DNA of 64,000 bases from Azolla caroliniana (taxonomy: Eukaryota; Plantae; Polypodiophyta): assembly GCA_043228905.1 (NCBI GenBank), contig JBHGNT010000005.1:22568001-22632000 (forward strand), written 5' to 3'. This document shows positions 13,761 through 26,300 of this stretch, in pieces; position 1 is the first letter of the stretch; every line of letters begins with the position of its first letter. The notes below the pieces were generated by a model. The model was not told the origin of the DNA, did no database searches, and worked only from the letters and a program-made list of their open reading frames with translations. The position numbers and the translations under genes were made by a program.

Positions 13761-14539
13761 TTACAATGCAATTATCATGTTTTCTAGTTGTACGAATGAT
13801 TGTTTGTGAGAAAACATAATCTCAAAATTGTCAGGTAATAATCCCAAAGTCAAAATATGATTGCAAAGCATTAGCTTTATGACCACCCGCCATCAAATTT
13901 GTACAAATTTGTACTTCGTAATATTCTTAATGGTACATTCAATGAATGTATTTAAAGGCAATGTTTCCAAATGATGGATCACCCATTTAGTATATAACAT
14001 AGTGTTTATGGCAAGTTATGAAATGTGTCACTTATGTGAGCATGAAATGTGACATCTTGAAAGGGTAAGTACACCATGAACCTTATTAGATTGAATTGGT
14101 CCACACATCGCAGACATGAGATACCAAGAGCGAACCCAACAAAGAAATAACAAGAATGTTACTTATGAAGGAAGGCGGCGGGGGGGGGGGGGGGGGGGGG
14201 GGGCGACAAAGCGTGGCAAGAATATTGTTAATAATAAAAGGAAAGGAAAAAATGTTCAGGTCGAGCCAGAAACCGAGGCGAGGCTTGCGCCTACAATAAT
14301 AGCTACCACGAAGCGGGTGCTACAAAAAAAAGAAAAGAAACACAAAGAACATACACAAATGGATAGATAGATATAGACTACATATATATATATAGATATA
14401 CATAAAATGTGTGACCAATATGAATTATATAGATATTGGGGGGGGGAGGAGGGGGGCTATTTATCACTATTTATATTAATAGCCCCAACGCCCTCTCCTC
14501 TCTCCTCTCTCCGTCTCCGTCTCCGTCTCCGTCACTCTC

Positions 14540-15343
14540 TCAGAATTGGTCGCCTTCGAACGTCTGGCCGAAGCTCCAGCCTGCCGGCGCCGCGTCGTAC
14601 GACGTCAGCGTCCTGCCGTCGCTGGTCGTCACGGCGAACGACAGGCTCTGCCCGTCCAGCTTCCCGTTGCTCTGCCAGTTCTGGCCCCAATTCCGGCTCA
14701 TGGCCATCCATCCCGTCTGCGAGCCCTTGACGGACACCGCCGTCACGTCTCCCGCGCCGCCCACGTTGGTGATGAGCACCAGGTTGAAGTAGGAGTGGCC
14801 GTTGACGGTGAAGCGGATGCCGCCCTTCTTGGCGCAGGCCACGCGGCGGTAGACCACCGGCACGATGCCGCCGCTGTACACCCCGATCTTCTCGAACGCC
14901 GGCTGCGCCATGTCGAAGTGCTCCCGCGGCGGGTTGCACCAGCCGCCGGCGTCGCTGGATTGGGCGGGGTTGGGCGGGCAGAAGTTGGTGGCGGTGACCA
15001 CCACGCTGGAGGCGCCGCCGCCAACGCACCACTTGGGGTCGGCGGCGGCGTCGCACTTGATCTCGAAGCAGGCGCCGCAGCTGAGGCCGGCATTGAAGAG
15101 CGCGGTGCTGAGGGCGGCGGTGTCGGTGCCATAGCCGGAGGTGTAGAGGTCTCCGTAGCCGCAGGCGCCGCCCATGGTGCCGGCGGCGTCGCCGCCGCCG
15201 TAGAAGGTGGCGTGGGCGGAGGTCCAACTGCTGGGCAAGGATTGGGCGGCAGCAGGTGGAGGCAGGTGGAATGGAATGCAGGCCATCAAAGCGATGAAGA
15301 AGAAGATGAGATGAGCAGGAATTGGGGCCATGTGGAGTGCCAT
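14540..15343 (-). CDS. EXPA: Alpha-expansin, copy 3 (267 aa, intronless)
   Basis: Same expansin motifs and a signal peptide; continuous ORF. Confidence 0.95.
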   Translation of the reverse strand: MALHMAPIPAHLIFFFIALMACIPFHLPPPAAAQSLPSSWTSAHATFYGGGDAAGTMGGACGYGDLYTSGYGTDTAALSTALFNAGLSCGACFEIKCDAAADPKWCVGGGASSVVVTATNFCPPNPAQSSDAGGWCNPPREHFDMAQPAFEKIGVYSGGIVPVVYRRVACAKKGGIRFTVNGHSYFNLVLITNVGGAGDVTAVSVKGSQTGWMAMSRNWGQNWQSNGKLDGQSLSFAVTTSDGRTLTSYDAAPAGWSFGQTFEGDQF

Positions 15344-15482
15344 GTGGTATATTAATCTTCAACCGTAGGATCGTAACTGTCGTTGGTGATCCAACGGCAG
15401 AGATTAATACTAGAGTTGTGTCCAAGGAATGAAGAGTTAGTTTGGAGCTTAGAGGGGGGAAGGGAGGGAGGAGTGTATCCTA

Positions 15483-15489
15483 ATTTATA
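15483..15489 (-). promoter_or_regulatory. Putative TATA box of EXPA copy 3, with (CT/GA)n just upstream at ~15553-15595
   Basis: TATAAAT ~140 bp upstream of the ATG, in the same context as copy 2. Confidence 0.5.
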
Positions 15490-15550
15490 GAGTGTTGATG
15501 TGTTGTGTGAATGTTCTGTTAGATAAGAGATAAGTAAGGTGCCACTGGTG

Positions 15551-15598
<48 letters not shown>

Positions 15599-17777
15599 AG
15601 TGTTGTGTGCTGGTGGCCCCTAGGGAGCGAGTGGTGGTTGATGTAATATTGTCGTAACAAGCGCAATGGCTCAATCACTTGGCACCTCGATTCTGTCTTT
15701 GGACGCCCTACTTGTAGCTTGTCTCCTCATTAAAAGCAAACCCATGCCTTTTTTTAATCAAAGTTTTTCCAACAAGGGATAGGGTTAGGGTGTAGAGGGG
15801 TAGGGGTTGGGGGACCATCCACACACCATAGAAATAATAATAATATTATACACCATCAATTCGAGCATGGTCGATGTCACATGGTCATCATACGGTGTAT
15901 GCAACATGTATTCTGTGTATCTTAGCCATGATGTCGCTGTCTTGTGGGTCATGCTTCCCTTCAGCTCATCGTTTGTGACAATTCGTAATTGTGTGGCTCA
16001 TGCAAAAGTGTGTCCCACTTCACGTTGGTGGGACTTAATAAGAAGGCCTAACAAACCATATCCGGTCTTCATGAACAAGGATAGCTAACTTAATATCTCC
16101 ACTTTTAATCATGTTTGAGCTTTACTTTCGAGACATCCTCACATGGTGTGTCACTATACCTTCCAAATCTTATTTATTGTTGATTTAACAGACAACTTTC
16201 AATGTTCTAGTTATGCTTTAGTATCACGTCGCCATTAAGACGACACTAGTAACTTGACAAGATCATCGAGAACTCTCGTAGGTATTTGACTTATTGGTTG
16301 AAGTCTGTTCATTATGACTAGAGTTGAACTAATATAAATCATCAAGTTACCCACTAGCTATTTAGCTTATTGAGTGAATATGTCAGTAATCAATTTATAG
16401 GAACATTTTACGAAATTGTCTTTCAACTGGATTTGGCAAAAACAACTTGGTCATTAGAAAATATATAGAGAATGCATTCTAAATAGAGGAACATGATCTC
16501 ACTTAAGCGACCAATGCACTTTCAGATAGGAGATCCATGTAGGAAATGAGCCCTTTTGATAGAGTTACCTTGAAAACTACTCTAATATTTGGAGAACTAT
16601 AAATGTAGTAGAAAACATCTTCATTTGATGGATACCAAAATTGTGTGGATAGTGAAAAATGTCAACTTAGATGCAATACATGTACTTGTGATGAAAGATG
16701 CTTTCATAATTGAATTCACAACACTAAATTAATATATGTCGGACAACTTCCCATCATATACTCATACTGGACAACAATGCTTTATAGCTTAAACAATTTC
16801 AATTCGAAAAGTACAACTATTTGGACATTCTGGGATGTCTCTTTTCCCTACAATCTTGATAATGAACTACAAGGAAGTGTTAAAACACAATAAACTTGAG
16901 GTGAAAACTAGTCATCAATGGGAATTCCACGCGATTTATATATAATTGCTATTTACTGGAGTGTAATATTTTAAGAGCATTAACCAAAAGGGAAAAAGTA
17001 TTTCGGTTAGAGAATTCATATGTTCAGAGAGTACAATGTTAATGTTGGCAATATGGACCCTTGCGTTTTCATCTCATAAATAAAATTTTCCTAATCTATG
17101 CATGGATAAAGGTTTCCCAAGTATCTTGATTGTTGGAAATGAGGGCCATGTTCATAGAACTACCACACATTCTAGGGTTCCGAAATTTCCTATAAAGAAT
17201 GTAATTAACAATAAATAGTAAGAGTAAATAAAATATACATCACAATTAACTAGCACTTTATATGGGGAGACTTGATTTATATAGGACTTCTATGGCTATA
17301 CACAATGAAGCTAGTCCTCATCCATTTAGGAATGATGGAGAGTAAGTAGAATAACTAAAATATCCATTTCATTTAATGTAAAGTCATCTCCTATACGTAA
17401 AGTCAATGCTAGATTTAAAGCACACACATGTGCTCAATGAGTGTTTGTTTATACACAATGAACAATGGTATACCCACACAAAGTGCATTGTTACGCTTGT
17501 GATCTCTATGTGCCCATTTAGGCTAAACTATATCATACAATCATTTGTATGACGAGGTTGAATTTCTTCCATGTACTCTTGTTTGGTAAGATGTGTTGGA
17601 GATGAACTTTCCCCATCACAATATGCTCACAAATGTAATGATTATATATGCTTTGTGTTGGAGTATGATCGTTTTAGATTAAAGGGCACTATGAAAATCT
17701 AGTCTAGATCAATAATACACATTGTGTACGTGATGCAACAAGAAGACAGATATCAATGGAAGCTTCACAAGAGAGAG

Positions 17778-17820
<43 letters not shown>

Positions 17821-17828
17821 GCCTAGAT

Positions 17829-17895
17829 GGATGTAGCTCAATTGTTAAGGTTGCCCAATGGAGACCAGGTGGTCATGGGTTCAACCCTACATTCC
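17829..17895 (+). mobile_element. Possible tRNA-derived SINE head remnant
   Basis: A-box-like TAGCTCAATTG (17834) and B-box-like GGTTCAACCC (17878) at tRNA-like spacing; no complete cloverleaf. Confidence 0.3.
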
Positions 17896-18003
17896 ACAGT
17901 GGCACCTAGTGAATTAAGAGATATGTATGGAGTATATAATAGAGAGGTGAGTAAAATTGGGTTTCAAACCCAAGACATAGTGGCTTGTATTGTAACAACT
18001 TAC

Positions 18004-18637
18004 TGATAGGAATTGACCACCCACAACCGATTACACGTTTGTATCCAGGTGCAAAAAACAAGAGAGCTAGTACACAGACGAAAACCGTGAAGACAAGAAA
18101 ATAAGTACAGAGAGACACCGGATGTTTAACGTGGAAACCCGAACTGGGAAAACCACGTGGAGTCCACAAACTCCAAAACAGAATCGACCACCCACAACTG
18201 GTTACACGTTTGTATCCAGGTGCAAAAAACAAGAGAGCTAGTACACAGACGAAAACCGTGAAGACAAGAAAATAAGTACAGAGAGACATTGGATGTTTAA
18301 CGTGGAAACCCGAACTGGGAAAACCACGTGGAGTTCATAAACTCCAAAACAGAATCCCTATGATGATGAGAGGAGTACAACAAGAAGCTCAGAGGCAATG
18401 ACCTTGAGTTCTTCCTCGTCAACAGACGGTTGTAGAGACAGTCACTCACATTCACACTCTCTCTCGCTTTCTCTTAGGTTCACATCTCCTTTGGATGTGC
18501 TTGGTTCTCGAGTGGTAGGCTGCATTCTTGGCAAGATGGATGGCACTCTGATTATCGTAGTAGAGTCGAAATTCTTCCTGCCGAACTCATCAAGCTTGGC
18601 TCCTCTCTTCCCATCCGGAGGGACCTGTTTCCCAACA
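18004..18637 (-). mobile_element. B-family-related solo LTR with an internal duplication and an RNase H fragment
   Basis: TG...CA termini; end CCATCCGGAGGGACCTGTTTCCCAACA matches the B1 LTR; flanks CTTAC / TTTAC (5-bp TSD with one mismatch). Confidence 0.7.
18010..18351. repeat. Tandem duplication, 2 x 171 bp
   Basis: 18010-18180 and 18181-18351 are near-identical (GAAT.GACCACCCACAAC...CTCCAAAACA). Confidence 0.9.
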
Positions 18638-18663
18638 TTTACCAATAGGGCAAGCTAATTACA

Positions 18664-18704
<41 letters not shown>

Positions 18705-19728
18705 CAAAAGTATGACAACTAACATCCATTTACAAAGAGGTTACAAAGTTGGTTATATACTAACCAAACTAGGGCAACTGCACTTTACAAGAATAGGTTA
18801 TGCTATTTACAAGAATAGCCTAACCTAGATTGTTCTGGGTAATGTGAATATGTCCGTTATATTACTGTATTCGACACTCCCCCGTAATGGGCGTATTGCA
18901 AAACAAATCTGTAATAAAATAAACTAAAATTACAGATATAACAAAGAGATGATAATATACTATTGGTCAAAGTCTACACTCCTGTGCTGTTCTCGAATCA
19001 ACCGAGCCGAAAGTCACCTCTATGTCCAATTCAACTAGGCCGAATTCATCGTTGTGCCCAAATTGACATGGTTGGAAACACTTATGCCCTTTTGATGCCG
19101 AAGTGACTAAAACTTGTGTTGGAGGTGAGGCCGTTGTCGTGGCGTGGCTTGCCCAGAAGCGTCGGGTTGCGCAGACAAAAGATAACGTGAAAGTGAGGAA
19201 GGAATCGTTGGGATTTTGGACGGAAGAAACGAAAGAGTAGAGATAGACTAAATAGTGATCATCAAGTTATGACAAGATAGGATGTAAAATGATAATTGAG
19301 GGAATGTAAGAAATTTATAATTATTTCATGAAAGAGTTACAAAATGGTTGTGAGTGTCGTTGAACCGTTGAACTTTGTCTCACAAGGTAGTCACTCTTCT
19401 CTTTCTTGATAGTAGACCACAATCTTCCCGTCTATCTTTCGATGAGGATAAGACTCGAACCTCCGCCTTTTCGTTGCGAGTTGTGCACCATGGCCAAGCT
19501 AGTTGTTTTCTTTTATTGTGTTCCTTCTTGTCTTCCTCTTTCTATCTTATGATATCTCTTATGTAATATAATTCTATTTGATTTGATTGATATATCATAC
19601 AATATAGTTCTTCGATTTCGATTCCTTAGATATCCTTGTGACTATACTCCCTTCTCCTTTTATAGGAAGGGGAGGGTTTTGCATGTGGGCCATATGTCAA
19701 ACATGTAAAGAGGGCTCTTGCATGTGTG

Positions 19729-22334
19729 CTGCTGGGCACTAAAAGCAAAAACCGACAAAGCTCAGAGAGCGGATCAGAAGAGTAGTCGGCATGAGGAGGT
19801 CAACTACGTCCGCTCTTCAACCGAAATTTTGACGACCGACCCGAACATATTGTTCATAGAGAACCCAATCGAATCAGAAGTTCTGCTTACGACTAAGGAA
19901 TCGAGCACATGGCTTCTTGACTCGGGCGCATCGTATCATGTGACACCTCGCCGATCTCGGTTTCGGCAATACTCGGACCGGCACTCCGACCCAGTTCGAG
20001 TCGGAAACTCACAACAGTGTGCTATAATCGGAATCGGCATCGTAGAGCTCAACCTTTCGGGTGGCTCTAAACTCGTACTACACAACATTCGACACGTTCC
20101 TGAGCTCTCAAGACCTTTGATCTTAGTCGGACAACTTGACAAAGCCGGCATCCGTGCCGGATTCTCATCAGGAGGGTGGACACTCCACAAAGGGAACCTC
20201 CTGCTTGCTCGAGGACCGAAGGTACACTCTTTGTACCCTTTATATGTCACACTCAAAGAGGGTGACTTATTTTTGGTTGATATCCCTGTGTCATCGTTAT
20301 GGCACGGAGGACTTGGACACCTCATCAAGGCCGGCATAACGCACCTATCCAGAGCTGGTTACAACCCCAAGCTCTCCTTCTCGGATCACCAATTCTGCGA
20401 GCATTGCCAGTACGGCAAACAGGTAGCCGCATCACATCTGACATCAACACCAAGAGAATCGAGTCCCCTTGATTTGGTTCACTCGGACGTCTGTGACCCG
20501 ATGCCACATCAGTCTCTCGGCGATGCTTCGTACTTCGTCAATTTTATTGACGACTCGAATGAGAAGGTGTGGGGTTACCCCATCAGAACAAAAGATCGGG
20601 TGTTCTCGATCTTCTTCGAATGGCTTGCAATGGTCGAAAACCAGACCGGTCAAAAACTAAAATGTCTCCGAACCGATAATGGAGGAGAATTCAAGTCTGA
20701 TGAATTCGTCAAATTTTGCCGGGAACGCGACATTCAACGTGAATATACGGCACCCTATAGTCCGGAGCAGAACGGAATTGCAGAACGCATGAATCAGACG
20801 ATTCAAGACCGCGTAGTATCCATGCTCCAACACTCCGGACTATCGGATGGCTTCTGGGCGGAGGCTCTACTTACGGCAGTACACATAATAAATATGTTGC
20901 CAAGTAGACCTCTAGGACTTCAATTACCTCAAGAAGTATGGACCGATAGTAAGCCGAATTATGACAAGCTGAGGATCTTCAGTTGCGAGGCATATGCCCT
21001 CATACCGAAAGACGATCGCCGGAAACTCGAACCAAGATCAAGGAAATGTGTTTTCCTTGGGTATGGACCTCACGGCGAGATCGGATACCGACTCTGGGAC
21101 CCCGAGCACAGACAAATCATCCGAAGTTCGGATGTCGTGTTCAATGAATCGGCCATGCATAAAACGGTCGAAAGGCCTATTGAAGTCCGAAGGGTAATAT
21201 TCTCCCAAGTGCCAACCCTTCATGAAGGCCCAGCCCACAACACGAGATCGGTTTCACGAGTAACCGACACCTCTTGTCCTGAATCCACCGATTCAACACA
21301 GCCGAATGGCTTGGCTCCTGACCATCCGACATTGACACCCGGCGCGACTAGTCTAGTCATACCTCGCAGATCCGAGAGACAGTCGCAACCTCTGGAGAGG
21401 TACTCTCCCGGAATTTTCATTACCAACGCTGGCAAACCGATATCCTACGAAGAAGCATCGGCATCTGCCGATTCAGCCACATGGCATCTGACGATGGAGT
21501 CGGAAATGCACTCCATTCGGGCAAACAAGACTTGGGACTTAGTCGACTTATCGGAGAATCGATGTGGTCTTCCATGTAAGTGGGTCTATCGACTAAACGA
21601 AACGTCCGACTCGACCAACCCAAAGTACAAGGCCAAATTAGTTGCAATGGGATTTAGACAAGAATATGGTGTCAACTTCGACGAAATCTTTTCACCAGTG
21701 GTGAAAATGACAACCCTTCGTTTCATGCTCGGCATCGTGGCTGCCGACAACTTCGAGCTGATTTAGCTAGATGTAAAAACGGCATTCCTGCATGGTAACC
21801 TACAGGAGGAAATCTATATGGAGCAGCCAAAAGGCTTTGTGGCATCCGGCCAAGAACATCTAGTCTGCCGACTCAGGAAGAGTCTCTACAGCCTCAAACA
21901 AGCACCCCGACAGTGGTACAAGAAGTTCGAAGACTTCATCCAATCAGTCGGCTTCTCAAAGAGTGATGAGGACCACTATCTGTTTACCAAAACAGCTCAA
22001 GACGGGTCTCCCGTCTTCCTCATCATCTATGTGGACGACATGCTCCTCTCCGGCAAGCATGAAGGTGAGCTCACCGAATTCGTTCGGAAACTACGGTTGA
22101 AGTTTGCCATGAAGGACCTCGGTCCGGCAAGACACATACTTGGTATGAAGATTAGTCGGCATCGCGATAAACGACAACTTTTCTTGTCTCAAACCGACTA
22201 CATCGAACGTGTCTAGGAACGCTTCAACATGCACTCGGCCAAGTCTGCTTCGACCCCGCTCCACATTAACCTTCAGTTGTCTCAGCGAGACTACTCGACA
22301 TGCGGTCCGGAGGGAGAAGATATGAAGTCGGTAC
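19729..22334 (+). pseudogene. Copia A1, left part: Gag end, protease, GAG-pre-integrase, integrase, RT
   Basis: WLLDSGASYH, CEHCQYGKQ, LVHSDVC, RTDNGGEF, QNGIAERMN, LKQAPRQWY and YVDDML motifs; in-frame stops; no 5' LTR. Confidence 0.92.
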
Positions 22335-22433
22335 TGTAGGGAATGAACAAGGCCGTTAGTGCGGAAGAGATCACACAGTATGAATCTGTGAGGAAGAAAT
22401 ACCTGCGTATGAGAGAGGCAAGAACAAATTACG

Positions 22434-22489
<56 letters not shown>

Positions 22490-22685
22490 GAAAGAATATA
22501 TCTATATTCATAAAGGGGCAACCGTTACAACAATGAACAACCAACCTTTACAAAAGGTTACAAAGTCACTTTATGTAGTGACTCACTTAGGGCAATTGCC
22601 CTTTATGTTATTTACAGAAATAGCCCGAACTTGGGCTCTTTAAGAGGATAGTGTGAATACGTCCATTATACATTTGTATTCGACA
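22335..22685 (-). repeat. A2 3' LTR
   Basis: TGTAGGG...TATTCGACA with (GA)n; ~9 substitutions versus the 5' LTR by eye. Confidence 0.95.
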
Positions 22686-22694
22686 CTCCCCTGT

Positions 22695-23346
22695 TGTCGC
22701 GTTACTACGCGCGTGCGTGGAGAAACGAGGCGGGACCACCGGGGTCTTGAACCGAAGAGCAGGTGATAGAAGGGGAAAGAGAAAGAGAGAGACGCCCGGT
22801 TGCGTATGAGCAAAGGAACACAGGGGCACGGCCCGTCAACGCAGAAGGCACGAACGAACACAGAGACAGAGAGACACAAATGTGTATATATTAACGAATA
22901 GCAAAGTAAACAACAGAGCACGCGAGCGGTTACAACCGAATAGGCCGGCGAACAGATGTCGATGCCTGTTCGTCTGTGCACGAAAGGAGATAGGATGGAG
23001 GTGCTGCTGAAAGCACACGGGCGTTCCTCGAAGCAGCGCGAGCCTCCCGAAAATCTGCAGAGAAGAGCAATAGAGAACAAACAGAGGAGAAGCGTTCGGT
23101 TACGGTCCGACAACACTTCGTCCTCCTTAATGCGCGATCCCCTTCTCCCCCGCGTCTCCGTCTCTTTTATAGCTTCAAGAAGGGAGCCGTCTCCCTCATT
23201 TACTTCCCACCTACCGAATCTAACTACCCAGGATATACCTATGTACCTAATTCTCTATTATATACATTAAGGGGCGCGCACGCGTGAAGAGCCAGTTCAC
23301 GCGCGATATGCACCGATTGCTCTAAGGGACGGTTTTCTTCACGACA
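22695..23346 (-). repeat. G1 3' LTR
   Basis: TGTCGCG...CACGACA; ~17 substitutions versus the 5' LTR by eye. Confidence 0.95.
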
Positions 23347-26300
23347 TCCGCCGCCACCTAACCGCGCATCCACCGGTATGCGCCAAAATTGTGTTCTGGT
23401 TGGAGAAAACCGGTCCGGGTTCCTGTTCCTCGTCCATCGGTTCATCCTCCGTCTCGGACTGTTCGTCGTCGTTGTCCAGGCCTCTTAGATCCGGTTCGCC
23501 GTCGTGGCGCTTCTTGAACGCTTTGATCTGCTTCCCTGCTACCGGTATCGCCATCCTCGTACCGTCGAGTTCCGCTAGGTGATACATCCCGTTGTCGTTG
23601 GCGCTCATTACCACGTAAGGCCCGAACCACCGCTTTGCAAACTTCCGTGTTGCCCGGTGCTGGTTGTCGAGGCTGCTGTCGTAAACTAGCACCCAGTCGC
23701 CTTCCTCGATTTTCTTTGTTCGGAGCCGGTGCGTTCGGTCGAACCGGGTTTTGTTCTTCATCCTCGCCGTCCGAAGTCTCTCCGCCGCTCGTTCCACATC
23801 CTCTGGCCTCCGCTCGAGCTGCCGTATACGCGCGACTAGCAGTTCTTCCCGACTCATCTCGTCTCTCCAGTCTACTGTCGCCCAAGAGGAGATCGTCCGT
23901 TCCATCGGCATGATCGGTTTCTGTCCAAACATGAGCTCTGACGGCATGAACCCGGTTACCGAATTGTGCGTTGTCCGGTCCGCCCACAAGGCATAAGGTA
24001 ACAGCCGTGGCCAGTTCCCGACCTGGCCTCCGCATGCCCGGACTTGCGCTTTGACGATCGGTCCGTGTCCGTGCTCCACCTTCCCGTTCGCCTCCGGATT
24101 GTACGCTGTGGTGAGCGAGAGCTTGACCCCTAACCGGTCGAACAGCTCCTCGGCCTCTTCGGCGTCCAACTCCCCGCGGTCAGCCACGATCTTCCCGACG
24201 CACCCGTACCGGCATATCACGTCCTCGATCAGGAACCGACATACGGCCGCGGTCGTTTTGTTCTGCAGGGCTCGACCTTCCACCTGGTTCGTCAGGTCCT
24301 CCCGGGCCAACACCAGATATCGCATCTGCCCTACGCCCATCGGCATCGTCACCAAATCTACCATCCATTTGAAGTGGATGGCCGGCGGGTATGTAGGGTG
24401 AAGCTCGTCCCGATTTCGGACTATGGAGTGCATCTGACAGCTCTCACAAGTTGTCACGAACCGATGCATGTCCCGGTACAATCCCGGTCACCAGTACTTC
24501 CCCTTTAGTTTTTCGAACGTGGCCCACGTCCCACGGTGTCCAGCCCAGGGGCTGTCGTGGTAGGCCTTCAGCAACTCCTCCTGTTCCTCCTCCATCGCCA
24601 CTACTCGGAGCGGGATGCCGTTTGTCTTCTTCGGGTGCTTCCACAAGTATCCGTTCCGGAGAAAGAATCGGTACGCTTTCTTCCGGATCCGGTTGGCCTC
24701 GTCGTTTGTCCATGACGCGTCCGGCGTCATCGTCCTTAAGAATCCCCCAATCTGCAGCCACTCCCCGTTGTACTTGCTCTCGTCGAAATCGTTAAGCGCC
24801 GGAGTGCTCCCTCCCTCGGTTGTTACATAGGCCGCCTCGAAGAAGTCTACGCTGACTTCCTCGTCCTCCGAAACCATGCCGCCCTTGTCGTCGAATCGCG
24901 CCCTCGAAAGCATGTCGGCCATGGCATTGTCTTTCCCGAAAATGTGTTGTATTTCCGGATCCAGGGACTTGATGTACGCTATCCACCTGAGCATTGCTAG
25001 GTCCGGGGTTGCGCATCCAGAAACCATGCTGAGAATCGGCAGGCAGTCCGTCTCGATAATCACCTCTGTCCCGATCAAATAGTCTTTATCGGCCTTCACC
25101 GCCGAAACGATACCCCAGAGTTCGCGTTTAACCTGGGCGTATCCTCGATGTCGCTCGCTGAGGACCTTTGCGCCGAACCGGATTGGGAACCGAACGCCGT
25201 CCTCATCTTCTTGGTTGACGACCCATCCGATCCCGGTCGGACTTGTATCTACCGTTATGTAGATGGGAGTGCCTTTCTCGTAAACAGCCTTCCGGAGTGC
25301 CGGAGCTGCAACAAGAGCCTCCTTCATCTTTCGGACCGACTCCGTATGCTCGTCTCGCCACTCGAATTTTCGCCCCTTTTTCAGCAACCCGTATAGCGGC
25401 TTGGCAACGTGGGCGTAGTGCAGGATCCATATGTGGTAGAACGCGCATGCTCCCAGGAACCTCCGTACCTCCGTGACTGAGTTACAGTCGGGCTTCATTG
25501 CGGAGATGGCTTCCACCTTAGCCGGAGACGGTTTCCGGCCATACGGTCCGCATAGATGTCTGACAACCATGATCTCTGATTGCCCGAAGGCCGATTTCTC
25601 CCCGGAGAAGGTGAGCCTCGCGTCCTCTAGCCTCTGCAGCACCCTCTCGCAGTCGTCAATGTGTGTCGCCACGAATCTTCGGCATCCGTCCAGTCCGATC
25701 GTTTCGTCCCTTTCCTCCACCGGACATCCCTTCATCGGGATGTCGTCCAAGAATGGCATGGTGATGTCCGGTATACAATCCCTCAACACGTTGTTCATCG
25801 CATTCACCATGTGGGCCACCGAGTTCGTCCCTCCTTGTGGCAGGGTACACATCCGCACTAGGCCGAGAGGAGTCCGCATCGTCGTAATGTCTCTGCTCTC
25901 TACGGCTAGTTGGAACTTATCGTACCCCGAGTACAGATCACCGACCGAGTAGATCGACCTTCCGGCGAAGGCCTCCGCGAACTCGTCTATCGTTGGTCCG
26001 ATTCTTGCGTTCCGAATGGTCACTCTGTTGACCGGTTGCAGGTCTTGAATGAACCGCAACGTCCCATTCTTCTTTGGTACGGTAAACCACCGGTTCGAGT
26101 ACGGGGCACTCGACCGTTCGAGGATGCCCATATCGACTTTCTGCCTCGAGGAATTGGTTTGAGATTCCACGGCACATGCGGTACCGTGAATATCACCATC
26201 GGCTTCACGACTGTCGGGTCTACGCACCCGATCTCTTCCGGTGAGAATGCGAAGGCTTTCCCGTGCCTTCCGAGCATTCTCCAAAACCGGTCTTCTTCCG

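Larger units (their letters stand above)
17991..19140 (-). mobile_element. A-related Copia 3' remnant: LTR 17991-18876 (interrupted by a solo LTR), PPT 18877-18891, 3' UTR
   Basis: Plus-strand ...TATTCGACA CTCCCCCGTAATGGGCG matches the A-family LTR start and PPT; (GA)n and AGGTTACAAAGT...AGGGCAACTGC are shared with A LTRs. Confidence 0.7.

Noticed and set aside
4654-15425. Long alternative-frame and antisense ORFs over the expansins (e.g. 4740-5450, 8533-9261, 14532-15425)
   Set aside because: Shadow ORFs caused by very high GC3; they coincide with the expansin CDS and have no independent motifs.
14178-15812. Poly-G run (~14179-14202) and G-rich AGGGTTAGGG tract (~15776-15812) as telomeric or G-quadruplex elements
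   Set aside because: Short and not a true repeat array; no support beyond composition.
18010-18351. Direct repeats as a CRISPR-like array
   Set aside because: Two adjacent 171-bp units with no spacers, in a eukaryotic LTR context.
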